A DNA stretch of 64,000 nt from the human T2T-CHM13v2.0 reference genome, Homo sapiens, in assembly GCF_009914755.1 (NCBI RefSeq), contig NC_060935.1. One strand, 5' to 3'. The notes beneath the pieces are model-generated. The model had not been told where the DNA came from. It ran no database searches and saw only the letters and a program-made list of their open reading frames with translations. A program made the translations under genes and the position numbers. Shown piece after piece: positions 35,181 to 53,409 of the stretch; position 1 is the first letter of the stretch; the number at the start of each line of letters is the position of its first letter.

Positions 35181-35439
35181 TGTTCCTTTCTCTCCTTTCA
35201 GGGTCTAGCTCAAATCTTAATACATCTATGAAACTATTCCCAACGATCTTACTCCCTCTCCTAAATGGTTTCTGTATTAATTTTTATTTTATCAAAGCAA
35301 TATATAAAAAAAATTTAAAAATCTAGATAATGCTAAACAACTTTAACAAAACCAGAAGGCAATGTTCTTTCCCAACCCTTCTTTGCTTCCCACTGTCTAA
35401 TTCTACTCCCCAGAAGCAAAATTAAAAAAAAAAAACAAA

Positions 35440-36600
35440 CCCAGCTTGATTGAGGTATAATTGAGATACAAAACAGACTGCACCTATTTAAAGTGTACAA
35501 ATTAAAATTTGACATTGGCTTATACCTGTGAAACCATCAAAAACAAGATAGTAACATATCCTTCACCTCCAAGTTTTATTTTATTCCTTTGTAAGCCCTC
35601 CTTCTGCATTGAACTTCCACCATTTCTCCCCCAGCAACCACTGATCTTCTTTCTGTCACTGTAGATTAGTTTGCATTTTCTAGCCTTTTATATGATCTGT
35701 TTTAGTCCTTGTCTGCTAATTCTAACATCTGTTCTGGGTTGGTTCCAGTTGATTATTTTCCTCATGGATCATGTTTCTTGCTTTTTTTGTATGCCTGGTA
35801 ATCTTTGATTGAATACCTGACATCGTGCTTTTTTTAACTTTGTTAGGTGCTGAATAACTTTTGTATTAGTATAAATAGTCTTGAATTTTGTTCTGGATTT
35901 CAGTGAAGCTACTTGGAAACAGTTTGATCCTTTTGGATTTTGCTTTTGTGATTTGTTAGGTGTGTCTGGAACAGGGTTCAGTCTAGTACTAGCTATTCCC
36001 TATTACTGAGGCCAGGCCTTCTTGATTCCTTTATCCAATGCCCAGTGTGATACAAATTTTACCATTTCAGCTTTTGGGAGTAGGCACTGTTTCTGGCTAT
36101 GTGTGTACTGGCTATGTGTGAACACCTGGTACTGTTCCCTCTAATATTTTCACCATGATTCTTTCCTGGCTTCGACTAGTTTGCTCCTACACATCTGCTA
36201 ATCAGTCTTCTGCTGAATAGTTAGGGGGCCCTTTATAGATTTCCTGAGTTCTTTCTCTCTAAAGTTGTCTCTCATATACTGTCTCCTGTGAAATCTAGTC
36301 ACCTTGGTCTTCCTGAACTCCCCGCTTTGTTTCCTCATCAGGGAGCCTGCCAAGGTCCCGCTGGGTACTCCCTCCTTATGCTGTGGCTTGAGTACTCCAG
36401 GCAGTAAGGTAGGGGCAATCATAGGGGCCTCCATTTGTTTCTTGGTTTCTCGGGAATCATTGCCTGATGTCTATTGTCTTGAAAATAGTTGTTTCATATA
36501 TTTTGTCTCCTCTCCCCTTCCCTCTGCTCCCCTCTTCTTCTTATTTCAGGTAAGAGGATAAATCTGGTTCTTGTTTCTTCATCTTGTGTGGAAACAGAAG
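35440..36600 (-). mobile_element. Ancient L1M fragments (3'UTR and 5' region)
   Basis: ttgaggtataattga...ctgcacctatttaaagtgtaca; caaccactgatct...gttttgcattttctag. Confidence 0.6.
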
Positions 36601-36620
36601 TCTGACAATAACTGTGTTAA

Positions 36621-36824
<204 letters not shown>

Positions 36825-37040
36825 TAACTTGCCTTACAGTCCTATTTCTGGATCTGTAAATTTAAGATATTGTCTGTTGTCTTCTAGTTTTGGTGGTTGG
36901 GGATTTCACTTTTTTATACCATCCCTGCTTTCCCCACTATATTTTCTCAATAAAGTCAGAGCATAATTTTTTACTAAATAAGTAGTTAGGATGTAACATC
37001 CATAATATCAATATGGCTATGTAAATAATGTGCACTGCTA

Positions 37041-37286
<246 letters not shown>

Positions 37287-37555
37287 CTACAGCAAATACA
37301 TAGGGTTAATATTAATATCCCTTTTACAAGAAGGGCTCTTTCTTATAGAAAAAGGAAAGACCAATAGAAAAACTGGCAAAGGGCATGAAATACATTTCAT
37401 AGGAGAAGAAATACAAAAGAAGATAAAATTATACCCATCCTTATTCATTGTAAAAGAAAGAACGATGCGTCCATGTTTTCTGTTACTACTTTTTGGGCCA
37501 ATAGATTTATTTCTTGACTTGACAATCTCATTTTTGTGTATCTATTTTACAGATA

Positions 37556-37637
37556 TACCTGCACTTGTAAATATATATGGTTATTCATTGCAGTATTACC
37601 TGCACTTGTAAATATATATGGTTATTCATTGCAATAT
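37556..37637. repeat. 41-bp tandem duplication
   Basis: tacctgcacttgtaaatatatatggttattcattgca(g/a)tat x2. Confidence 0.9.
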
Positions 37638-38835
37638 TGCTTGTAATAGTGAGAATGGGAAATAACCTGAATGTTTACAGTTATAGAGGACTGGTTGAAT
37701 GAGTTATAGTACAATTTTTCCAACACCTCTGTCAAATGCCCATTGGCATTTTTTCCCAAAAATTTTTTAATTTATCAAATTATCTATCCTTTTCTTCCTT
37801 TTCTTCTTGGAAACTTCTTTCCTGCAGTTCTTGGTTCTCCTGCCGCAGTTTGGATGGACTGTGTGGTCCCTGGTCCTTTTGTAGTCTTGAGCCTTTTCTT
37901 TACCTCTCTCCTGTGTTGCAGCCCATGTTTCTTAGCTCTCATGTCATCCTTTCTCATGGTCAGTTTCCTTGTTTGCACTCATTACATTCTCCAGTTGATT
38001 CCAGAAAAAGATATGTTGTAAGTATATTTTTTTAATCCTTGACTGTTTGAAAATGTTTTCTTCTACCCTCTCAGTGAATTGATTATTTGTCTTGATATTA
38101 GCATCTCTGCTGAAAATCATTGTTTTGAAATTTGGAAAATATTGTGCCCCTTTATTCTTCTGATAATCAAATTTATAAAATACTGTTTAGCCATTTCTTT
38201 CTCCATTTTATTTACTTATAAATTCTACTGGGGTTTTTTACTATTCCTTTGCTATTCATGTTTGCACTTTGTTTTTGTGAAGACAGGAGGAAAGATCAAA
38301 TTAAGATCCATTAATTAGGCCTTCTATGTTTTACTAGAAACAGAAACTAGAAATTAAAACATTACTAGAAAATGAAATGTTAAAGAGACACACAAAATGT
38401 AAACTGCAATTTGTTGCTTTTTTATTCCAAGTAACAAAATTAAGCCAATCCTGTATTCATCATGTCATACTGCATCCATGGACCACAATTTCAGTGCATC
38501 AGTATAGGCTGCCTCCCCCAACCCATTTTCTGCTGTATCTCTGAGGTTCTTCCGGAGATCTTTTTCTTGCTTGCCTTTAGAAATTAGAATTTCCTTTAGT
38601 GGGTTTGCTGGTAGAAAATTTTTAGTTTCATTTGTCTGAAATATCTTTATTTTATTTGGATTATTGTGAGAAATTTTTGGTGAGTACAGAATTTTTTTTC
38701 AGCACCTTGAAAATATCTTCCCAATGTCTTTCTGAGAAGTTACTTGTGTAATTGTTGTTAAAGCCTACGTGAATGTATCTTTATTTAAAGTGTTATTGAT
38801 TAACCTAAATGTCTTCTTATATTTTTCTCTTAAAG

Positions 38836-38946
38836 GGAATACAGTGAGTAACCTGATCATGATTATACCTCCAATGTTCGGTGCAATTCAGAGTGTTAGA
38901 GACGGTCTGGAAAAACGGTACATTGCTTCTTATTTAGCACTCACAG
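38836..38946 (+). CDS. ACER3: Alkaline ceramidase 3, internal coding exon (exon 2), phase 1-1, 111 nt
   Basis: Flanked by ttttctcttaaAG and GTatgt. Translates (W)NTVSNLIMIIPPMFGAIQSVRDGLEKRYIASYLALT(V), recognised as ACER3 residues ~35-72 following ...YIAEF. Contained in ORF 38769..39062. Confidence 0.96.
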
Positions 38947-39737
38947 GTATGTATAACACTGTATGTGAAGAAATGTACAGTATTCAAATGGGCCATTTTT
39001 CTCATTCATTTCTAAAAGCAGTTTTCAATTTTGTGTTATTACATAACTTGAATATATTCTGAAACTTCTTAGTTAAAACTCCAAAAACCTTGCCAGTGAA
39101 TTGAACTGCATTTTGAATAAAATGTTTTAGAAATTACAAAATATTTTAAGCATACAAAAAAGAATAGAGATAATATAACAAATATACCCACACATCTTAC
39201 TACCCAGTTTTGTCAGGTCCTAACAATTTATAATATTTGTTTCAGATCTTTTTCTTTTTTAAGGAAATTACTACAGATAAAATTAAAACTCCTTTGTATT
39301 CCTCCCTGATTGTATCCCCCTCAGCCTCCCAGCCCATCCCCTAAGAGCTAGCCTCAATCCTGAATTTGATGCTTATCATTTTCTCATGTTTTCATGTTTA
39401 TACTATGTATGTATATATCCTTAGAAGTATACATAGTATGGTTTTGCATAGTTTTAAACTTTTTGGAAAGGATACCATCCAACCTTTTGTGACTTACGTA
39501 TATTCTACTTGTCTGTGAGGTGGAGGACTGTGTCTTAATGATCTTTGCGTCCCTATTGTCTGGCAGTTTAGTCTTCCTCAATAAGTACTGGATGGATGGG
39601 TAAATCAGCTATACCAGAGCCTAACGTAGTGAAATCACTTCTGTCTTCTGTCATGTTCTTGCGTCATCATAATAAATAAAAAATACCAAATGAAGTAGAT
39701 TCTTTCTAGTAGTTTCATTTCTTCATTTTCTATTCTG

Positions 39738-44529
<4,792 letters not shown>

Positions 44530-45447
44530 TTATTTATTTTTTATAACTCTCTAAAGTCTCTTTCTTTTGTTTTAGCTCATGGTGAGTATTTCCACATTGA
44601 CAGAAAGGACTTCTAATTATCCCAAAACTGTAAGCTATAGTGAATCATGTCAGATTCTACCTTAGATTATTTATTAGATATGAGAGACTTTAATTTCACA
44701 ATCTGTTGCTCATATGCATTTTAAGAAAGTTACTTGATTATCTTCAAAAGGAAGACTTGTCTACAGACTTATCCCTTTGCTTTTTTTCTGGGGTGTTTTC
44801 ATAATGTTTATAAAACATGGACAGATCACAATCTGTAACAACAATAAGAACAAAAAGACCTGAGGGACTTCCAGTTGCCCTAGGATAATGGTGGCCTCCT
44901 AAGCTGGAGTTTGTCCACTTATTCTCCCAGAAAAACATAGAGATTAATAAGGAAAACAAATAGAACTACGTGCAACCCACACTTTCAGCCTTACTAGGAG
45001 AAACAGTATTATGACCTTCAATTTATTTTAAAATAAGAAATAAACACCAAGTTCCAACAGAACTGTTTTCAGTGTTTCAGACTTGGAGATGTTTGAAAAA
45101 CTATATGGAAAAGAGAAGAGAGGACTCAAGGGCCTAATTCTGACAAAAGTAGCAATAGAAAGATAAAACTCCACAATAAAGGCAGAATCTATGAAAGCAG
45201 TCTAAGATCTGGTAGATCACAGTACTGTCTAAAGGTAAAGGCCTTGAAAGTGTGTCAGACCAAAGGTGGCAGTTTTGGAAAGGCATCACTTCTGGGAAAG
45301 AGATAAGTAGAAAGGGGGAGGTGCCCTTTGGAGATGCGTTAGTGAAAGGAAAGAAGAACATTAAGGGGAATTAAGATCCTACTGAAAACAAAGAATTACA
45401 AAACACATCAACCTCTTCTCCCTTCACTGCTTCCCCAAATATATACG

Positions 45448-45452
<5 letters not shown>

Positions 45453-45483
<31 letters not shown>
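45453..45483. repeat. (TA)n microsatellite
   Basis: Direct reading. Confidence 0.95.
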
Positions 45484-45487
<4 letters not shown>

Positions 45488-45532
45488 CTTCACTATTCTG
45501 ACTGAAGTGGGCAGTCTTGAATTAGAAATCTT

Positions 45533-47120
45533 TTTTTTTTTTTAGCACATACTTATAATTTTTATTTTTTTTATTTTTTTATTTTTTTTATTGATCATTC
45601 TTGGGTGTTTCTCGCAGAGGGGGATTTGGCAGGGTCATAGGACAATAGTGGAGGGAAGGTCAGCAGATAAACAAGTGAACAAAGGTCTCTGGTTTTCCTA
45701 GGCAGAGGACCCTGCGGCCTTCCGCAGTGTTTGTGTCCCTGGGTACTTGAGATTAGGGAGTGGTGATGACTCTTAACGAGCATGCTGCCTTCAAGCATCT
45801 GTTTAACAAAGCACATCTTGCACCGTCCTTAATCCATTTAACCCTGAGTGGACACAGCACATGTTTCAGAGAGCACAGGGTTGGGGGTAAGGTCATAGAT
45901 CAACAGGATCCCAAGGCAGAAGAATTTTTCTTAGTACAGAGCAAAATGAAAAGTCTCCCATGTCTACTTCTTTCTACACAGACACAGCAACCATCTGATT
46001 TCTCAATCTTTTCCCCACCTTTCCCCCTTTTCTATTCCACAAAACCACCATTGTCATCATGGCCCGTTCTCAATGAGCTGTTGGGTACACCTCCCAGACG
46101 GGGTGGCTGCCGGGCGGAGGGGCCCCTCACTTCCCAGACGGGGCGGCTGCCGGGCGGAGGGGCTCCTCACTTCTCAGACGGGGCGGCTGCCGGGCGGAGG
46201 GTCTCCTCACTTCTTAGTCGGGGCGGCCGGGCAGAGACGCTCCTCACCTCCTAGACGGGGTCGCGGCTGGGCAGACGTGCTCCTCACATCCCAGACGGGG
46301 CGGCGGGGCAGAGGCACTCCCCACATCTCAGACAATGGGCGGCCGGGCAGAGACGCTCCTCACTTCCTAGATGGGATGGCGGCCAGGAAGAGGCACTCCT
46401 CACTTCCTAGATGGGAGGGCGGCCGGGCAGAGACGCTCCTCACTTCCTAGATGGGATGGCGGCCGGGCAGAGACGCTCCTCACTTTCCAGACTGGGCAGC
46501 CAGGCAGAGGGGCTCCTCACGTCCTAGACGATGGGCAGCCAGGCAGAGACACTCCTCACTTCCCAGACGGGGTGGCGGCCGGGCAGAGGCTGCAATCTCG
46601 GCACTTTGGGAGGCCAAGGCAGGCGGCTGGGAGGTGGAGGTTGTAGCCAGCCGAGATCACGCCACTGCACTCCAGCCTGGGCACCATTGAGCACTGAGTG
46701 AACGAGACTCCGTCTGCAATCCCGGCACCTCGGGAGGCCGAGGCTGGCGGATCACCTGTGGCTAGGAGCTGGAGACCAGCCCGGCCAACGCAGCGAAACC
46801 CCGTCTCCACCAAAAAAATACGAAAACCAGTCAGGCGTGGCGTGCGCCTGCAATCGCAGGCACTCGGCAGGCTAAGGCAGGAGAATCAGGCAGGGAGGTT
46901 GCAGTGAGCCGAGATGGCAGCAGTACAGTCCAGCTTTGGCTCAGCATCAGAGGGAGACCGTGGAAAGAGAGGGAGAGGGAGACCGTGGGGAGACGGGAGA
47001 GGGAGGGAGACCGTGGAAAGAGAGGGAGAGGGAGACCGTGGGGAGACGGGAGAGGGAGGGAGACCGTGGAAAGAGAGGGAGAGGGAGACCGTGGGGAGAT
47101 GGAGAGGGAGAAGGAGAGGG
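45533..47120 (-). mobile_element. SVA retrotransposon, antisense to ACER3 (SINE-R, short VNTR, Alu-like domain, CCCTCT-rich head)
   Basis: SINE-R ~45590-46085, VNTR ~46090-46590, Alu-like ~46590-46950; 16-bp TSD ttgaattagaaatctt (45517-45532 / 47122-47137). Confidence 0.96.
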
Positions 47121-48075
47121 ATTGAATTAGAAATCTTGTAAGCCACTTAAAATCTTTACTCTCTCTATAAAATAGACCCCCCAACATGCAGCCTATTTCC
47201 ATGTAAAATTAGGGTAAAAACAGAAAATGAGAATCAAAACCATTTGCATGATAGAATTTCTTCTCCACAACAAACTGTGAAACAGAAGGAAGATGTAATA
47301 CAATACTCCTAACTGAATTAAGTTGCCTCAAACAAAGAAATGAATCAAAAATTTAAAAACTAATAACAGAAATAGCTCAATTCCTCTCCTCAAAAAAGAC
47401 GAAACAAAATTAGAATTCATCGAACTTAATAAAGAAATTAAGACTAAATTACAGTGTGCTTGAGGGAGAGTAGAGTCTACTGAATATTTAATAGGGGCTG
47501 TTGTAGAAAGTCAGAGAAACAAGCAAGAAAATTAAAAGGAGATAAAGAAATAAAAAGGGTCAGAGAGAAAAGGATTGAAATGGAAGACAAGCAGAAAAGA
47601 TCCAACATGCATATAATTGGAGTCCCTAGGTGGCATGGGGGAAACCAGTGGAACATAATTATATTTAAAATTATAATTCAAGACAACTTTCTAGAAATGA
47701 AAAAAGACTTTAATATGTATATTGAAAGGTCCAATTTTGCCTGGTAAACTGATTTAGAATGATCAATTTTGAGATAGAGCCTAGTAAAACTATTGGATTG
47801 TAAAAATGAAATTATTGTCAAAGCTCTTGGAAATAAGCCTTGATTACTTACAAGGGACCGAAAATTAGACTGGCATCAGACCTTATCAGTAATATACAAA
47901 GAAAATACCAGTGGAGCAGCATTTTCTAAAAAAATGAAGAGGAAGTATAAGCCAAGTATTTTATATTCCAACCAGGTTGTTCTCTAGGTGCTCTAGTTAT
48001 AGAAAAACAGTTTTAAACCTACAAATACTCATTGAATACTGTACACATGACTGCTTCCTGATGAATCCACTATTA

Positions 48076-48277
48076 CTGCACTGTTCAATTTAGTAGCTGC
48101 TAGTCATATGTTGCAATTTAAATTAATTACATTTAAATAAAATGTAAAATTCAGTTCCTTTGTCACACTAGCCACATTTCAAGTGTTCAATACCCACATA
48201 TGGCTTGTGACTACTATATTGGGCAGTGCAGATATAGAACATCTTCATTACTGCAGAAAGTTCTACCAGCCACACTG
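48076..48277. mobile_element. MER3 hAT MITE
   Basis: aaaattcagttcc...cacactagccacatttcaagtgttcaata...gcagatatagaacat...gcagaaagttcta. Confidence 0.8.
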
Positions 48278-48356
48278 TACTAGAATGTCCATCCAGTCAT
48301 GAGTACTGAAAAAGGCTTAATGCAAAAATAATTCCTAAAACAACAACAAAACACCC

Positions 48357-48525
48357 TGCATTAGTTTGTTTTCATGCTGCTGATAAAGACATACCCAAGA
48401 CTAGGAAGAAAAAGAGGTTTACTGGACTTACGGTTCCACATGGCTGGGGAATCATGGCCTTACAATCATGGCAGAAAGCAAGGAGGAGCAAGTCACTTCT
48501 TACATGGATGGTGGCAGGCAAAGAG
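48357..48525 (-). mobile_element. THE1 LTR fragment
   Basis: ttttcatgctgctgataaagacatacccaagact...ttacatggatggtggcaggcaaagag, then truncated. Confidence 0.8.
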
Positions 48526-49039
48526 TAGATTCGAATTAGAATAGTATAGCACTGATATTCCAATAGACCATACAGTAGAGTTTTTAAAAAGTACAGAAAT
48601 AGACCCAAACCTATATTGGGGTTTAGTATTAATAAAGATGACATCTCTAGTCACTGGGGCAAAGATGATGTGTTTTAATAAATGATGCTGAGGAAAAGAA
48701 TTGGATGTGTGCCTTATACATAAGAATAAATTCTAAATTGATAAGAAGGCTAAAAGTAAAAATAAAAATCTTCCAACTACTAGGAGAAAACGTGTGTGCA
48801 TTCTTACATGGGGAAGAATCTTTGGGAAAAGACTTTCTATGATTCAAAATTCAGGTATAAGAAAGGAAAAGGTTGACAAATTATGTAAAATAAAAAAAAC
48901 TTTTGTTATATAACATTTACATTGTATTAAAAAATAAAGTCGCTTTTGCATGACAAAAAATAGCATAAGCAAACTCAAAAGCAAAAGGCCACATGGTAAA
49001 AATATTCACAAGAAAAGGTTTAATATCCCTAATATACAA

Positions 49040-49358
49040 TTTTTCTTTTCTTTCTTTCTTTCTTTTTTTTTTTTTTTAAGACAGAGTCTCGCTCTGTCGC
49101 CCAGGCTACAGTGCAGTGGTGCAATATTTGCTTGCTGCACCCTCCCCCACCTGGGTTCAGGCAGTTCTCCTGCCTCAGCCTCCCGAGTAGCTGGGATTAC
49201 AGAGTGCAACACCATGCCCAGCTAATTTTTGTATTTTTAGTAGAGATGGGATTTCCCCATGTTGGCCAGGCTGATCTTGAACTCCTGACCTCAAGTGATC
49301 TGCCCACCTCAGCTTCCCAAAATGTTGGTATTACAGGCATGAGCCACTGTGCCCGGCC
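49040..49358 (-). mobile_element. AluS-type SINE
   Basis: Antisense dimer. Confidence 0.9.
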
Positions 49359-50336
49359 AATAATTTTAAGCATTGAATTATAAAAAGATGAAAAATTCAA
49401 TAGGAAAACGTGGTCAAAGACAGAAAATTCTCCAAGAAAGATATAAAAAATAGCTCACAAGTATAAGAAAAAATATTCAGTTTACTTAATAAGAGAAATG
49501 CAAATGAAAACTACACTGATACATTATTTCTCATTTATTAGATGGGCAAAGTGTCAGACTCTTGACAACACTATTTTGGCAAGGCTGTGGGAGAAATAGG
49601 CATTCTTCTTGCATTGCTGATGAGAACACAAAGTTTTTGAAGCTGAATTTGGCAATATCTGACAACTATATATGCATTTATCGTTTGACCCAACAATCAC
49701 ACTTCTAAGAATTTACTGTGAAGATATGCCATCAACAGTTCAAAATTAAATGTACACAAGGTTACTGTAGTAGTATTTGTAATTACAAAATAATGTGAAC
49801 AGACTTACGAAAATTGGTTGAATAAACTGGTATATGTACATCATAAGTACTATGAAGATGTAGAAAGGATGAGAAGTGTCACTGAACTGATATGGATATG
49901 TTAAGTAAGTAAAAGATGAGAATGTAAAATAATATTTAAAAAGTTGGTATACAACTTTTTTGCTAGTAAAAAGAAAATATACACATTACTTATTTTTTCA
50001 AAAAGAAATAAGATGAACCAGAAAATAATGAAACTGTCTACTGCAGGGGGTGGATAGAAATGGTGTGGAAAAGATAGAGGAGAGAGTGACACTTCTGAGT
50101 ATGTATGTTTGTATTTTTATTTCAAAAGTATGTTATTATTTCACATATTCAAAAATGTAACTAGATTATCCAGACTAAATCTGATTAACTTTTGAAATAG
50201 TATTATTATTACATATCCTCAATCTGAAAACAAAAGAAAACCTCACTTTCCTACGTTTATTTACTATATGTTTATTGTTGGTAGTGGTATGGGTATAGCA
50301 ATTCTGAAGCTGTCTTTGTATGCATCTTAGGATTTT

Positions 50337-50960
50337 GTTTTTTGGGGTTGTTTGTTTGTCGTGGTTGTTGTTTTGAGACAGGTTCTCACTCTCCTGCTCA
50401 GGCTGGAATGCAGTGGTGCAATCACGGCTCTCTACAGCCTTGACCTCAGGGCTCAAACAATCCTCCCACCTTGGTCTTCCTAGTAGTTGGGACTTCAAGC
50501 ATGCATCACCATGCCTGGTTAATTTTTGTATTTTTTTGTAGAGATGGGGTTTCACCATGTTGCCCAGGCTGGTTTGGAACTCCTGGGCTCAAGCGATTCG
50601 CTCACGTTGGCCTGTCAAAATGCTGAGATTACAGGCTTGACCCATTGCATTAGAAAAGCAAATGAAAAACTTTTTTTTGAGACAGGGTCTTGCTCTGTCA
50701 CCTAGGCTGGAATGCAATGGTACTATCACGGCTTACTGCGGCCTCAACCTCCCAGGCTGAAGCAATCCTTCCACCTCAGCCTCTGAAGTAGCTGGGACTA
50801 CAGGTGCGCACCACTACACCCGGCTTGCTTATTTATTTATTGGTAGAAACAGGTCTCCCTATGTTGCCCAGGCTGGTCTTGAATTCCTGGCCCCAAGAAA
50901 TCTTCATGCTTCAGCCTCCCAATGTGTTCAGATTACAGGTGTGAGCCAGCATGTCTGGCC
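50337..50960 (-). mobile_element. Two adjacent AluJ-type SINEs (50337-50645 and 50671-50960)
   Basis: Antisense dimers. Confidence 0.88.
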
Positions 50961-51744
50961 TTGAAAACCTATATTGATATTGTTAGGAGCTAGGATTCTC
51001 ACTGTGGAAGAAGGGAGATACAGATTTGGATGAGCGAAGGCAAGGAAAAAACCCTGTGGTACTGGATTGGAGTTAGAGGTATCAGCATGATTTTTTTTAT
51101 TGATTTCAAATGCTCTATTGTCTGAAAGGGCCTGGGAGCAATGACGGCTTAGTAGCAATGAACATACCTATTAATAGTGCTAGACTTTGGTTTTTAAGTC
51201 TTTCTGCACTGAAAGGAACCAAAACTTCGTGGAGAAGTGGCCCATTTTTGGGCTAAGGCAGGGAAAGTACAAGATAAGCCTGGAACATCTTGTCAGAAAG
51301 TAAGAAAGTGCTAAAAAAAAAAAAAAAAATGAAGGAATCATGTCAAAGTAACACAGAAGGCAGTTTGGCCAAACCAGGACAATCTGAACTTAATAATCTG
51401 AAAAATAACAGTAATAGATTTTAACATTTGGTATAAAAAAAATCCATGAGTTCCTATGATTCTAAAAAACACAAATGGGGTGAGAAGAGAAAGCTTAAAA
51501 AAAGTAGAATGCCAACTAATAAATGTAAACAGAATGATAAAATAACTGATTTAGGCAAGAGTCATCAGTGAATATAAAACTATTTGGTCAGAGTGTTTGG
51601 TCAACAAGATAATTACAACTTCACAGTATCTCCTCACAGATTACTCATTATTTACAAAGGGAAGAATGTTAACAGTGGGGAAATCTGGCAGATACCATCT
51701 TGTTTTCAAGTAATCAAAGTTAACCGCATTAATAATGGTACATT

Positions 51745-51968
51745 CAGCCTGGGCAACATAGTGAGACCTTGTCTTTGCAAAACAAAAATCTTTTAAATTA
51801 GACAGGCATGGTGGTGCATGCCTGTAGTCTCAACTAGTCAGAAGGCTGAGGCAGGAGGATTCCTTGAGTCGAGGAGGTAGAGGCTGCAGTGAGCCAGGAT
51901 TGTGCTGCTGCACTCTAGCCTGGGTGACAGAGTGAGATGCTATCTCTAAAAACAAACAAACAAAAACA
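51745..51968 (+). mobile_element. 5'-truncated AluJ within an L1MC-like 3'UTR
   Basis: Partial Alu with TSD-like aa(t/c)aa(t/a)ggtaca. Confidence 0.82.
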
Positions 51969-52500
51969 AAGGTACAAACTGACAGCAGGTTCTTCCTGGT
52001 GTGATATACCAAAAAGGAAACATCATTATACAGTATTATTGCCAAAAGTGCTGAATGAAATTAAGAGAATATAACCAGAAAAAAACAAATTGAGGAGCAA
52101 TTTATAAAACAACTGTCCTGTGTGCTTCTAAAATGTTAGTGTCATGAAAAACAAATAATTCATCTTGAATTGTTCCAGATTAAAAGAGACAAGACGGCTA
52201 AATGCAATATGTAATCACAGATTAGATTCTGGGTTGGGGCATGAGGGGAAGAAGCTCTACAGGGACAATATTGGATGAATCAGTGAAAGTTGAATAAGGA
52301 CTTTATAATAGATAGTAATACTACATTAATGATAAATTTCCTGAATTTGCTTATTATAATATGATCATGTAAGAGAATGTCCATGCTTAGGAGATACATC
52401 CTGAAGTATTTAGAGGTAAAGAGTCATGCTCTCTGCAACTTACTTTCAAATAGTTGAGCAAAATAACAATATGTTTATTGCTTTATTTTAGATACTTAAA

Positions 52501-52634
52501 TTTTTTTTTTTTAAATAGAGATGGGTTCTCACTATGTTGGCCTGGGTTGGCCTTGAACTCCTGGCCTCAAGCAGTCCTCCCACCTCAGCCTCCCAAAGTG
52601 CTAGGATTACAGGCATGAGCCACCGCACCCAGCC
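52501..52634 (-). mobile_element. FLAM_C monomer
   Basis: Antisense monomer. Confidence 0.85.
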
Positions 52635-53361
52635 AACTTTTTAAATATATTGAGAGATAAAGATAAAATGCAAAATGTTAATAATGCGTAAACCTAATTT
52701 AAGGTTGTATAGGAGTTCATTGTAATACTTTTGTAACTTTTTTTTCTAAATGGGAAATGGGTTAAAATATTTTTAAAATAAAATGTGTAATTGTTTTAAA
52801 AGAATTGTTGAACATTTTAAAAGATTTATTGGTATACTATCATCAGCTATAAGTACATATAGACAATAGTATGTATAGTCTATAGTATACCAAGCAACTT
52901 AACAATGAATGAGAGTTTTGGAATAAGTAAAGCTAGGAACAGAAGTGGGTAGCGATTATAGGAGTATTTTTCTTACTTAACAATCCTTCTCTTCTTATCC
53001 ACCAACTGTGGTGGTAAATGACTTCTTCCTCTGTGCTACTTCTATACCTTATTCTTACTTTTTGGATTGCACTTATATCACTGTATGTGGTACTGTCATA
53101 ATCTGTTTTTAAGTATCCGTCCCTTCTATAAGACGAAGCTTCCTAAAAGTAGGGTTGAGTTTTATTCTTCTGGATTTTCTGCATTCAGCAATACCTGGTA
53201 CAAACTAAACACATGGGAATGTTCGATGGATAAGTGAATGAAAAAAATGAATGCTTTATTTTAAACACCTCTAAACATTAGGCAAATTTTGCTAAAACTT
53301 CTTATATTCTTGTTTGAATTTTACACTGAGTTAAGTCTCCCCACCAAATATGTGTGTGTAT

Positions 53362-53363
<2 letters not shown>

Positions 53364-53409
<46 letters not shown>
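53364..53409. repeat. (CA)n microsatellite
   Basis: Direct reading. Confidence 0.95.

Larger units (their letters stand above)
47200..50100 (+). mobile_element. Ancient L1M fragments interleaved with MER3, THE1 and Alu
   Basis: Decayed ORF1-like (47500-48050) and ORF2-like (48540-49900) L1 sequence. Confidence 0.55.

Noticed and set aside
38769-39062. 97-aa single-exon ORF
   Set aside because: Only 38836-38946 is ACER3 coding; the rest is open intronic flank
45595-47202. Many overlapping GC-rich ORFs
   Set aside because: Artefacts of the SVA VNTR, Alu-like domain and hexamer region
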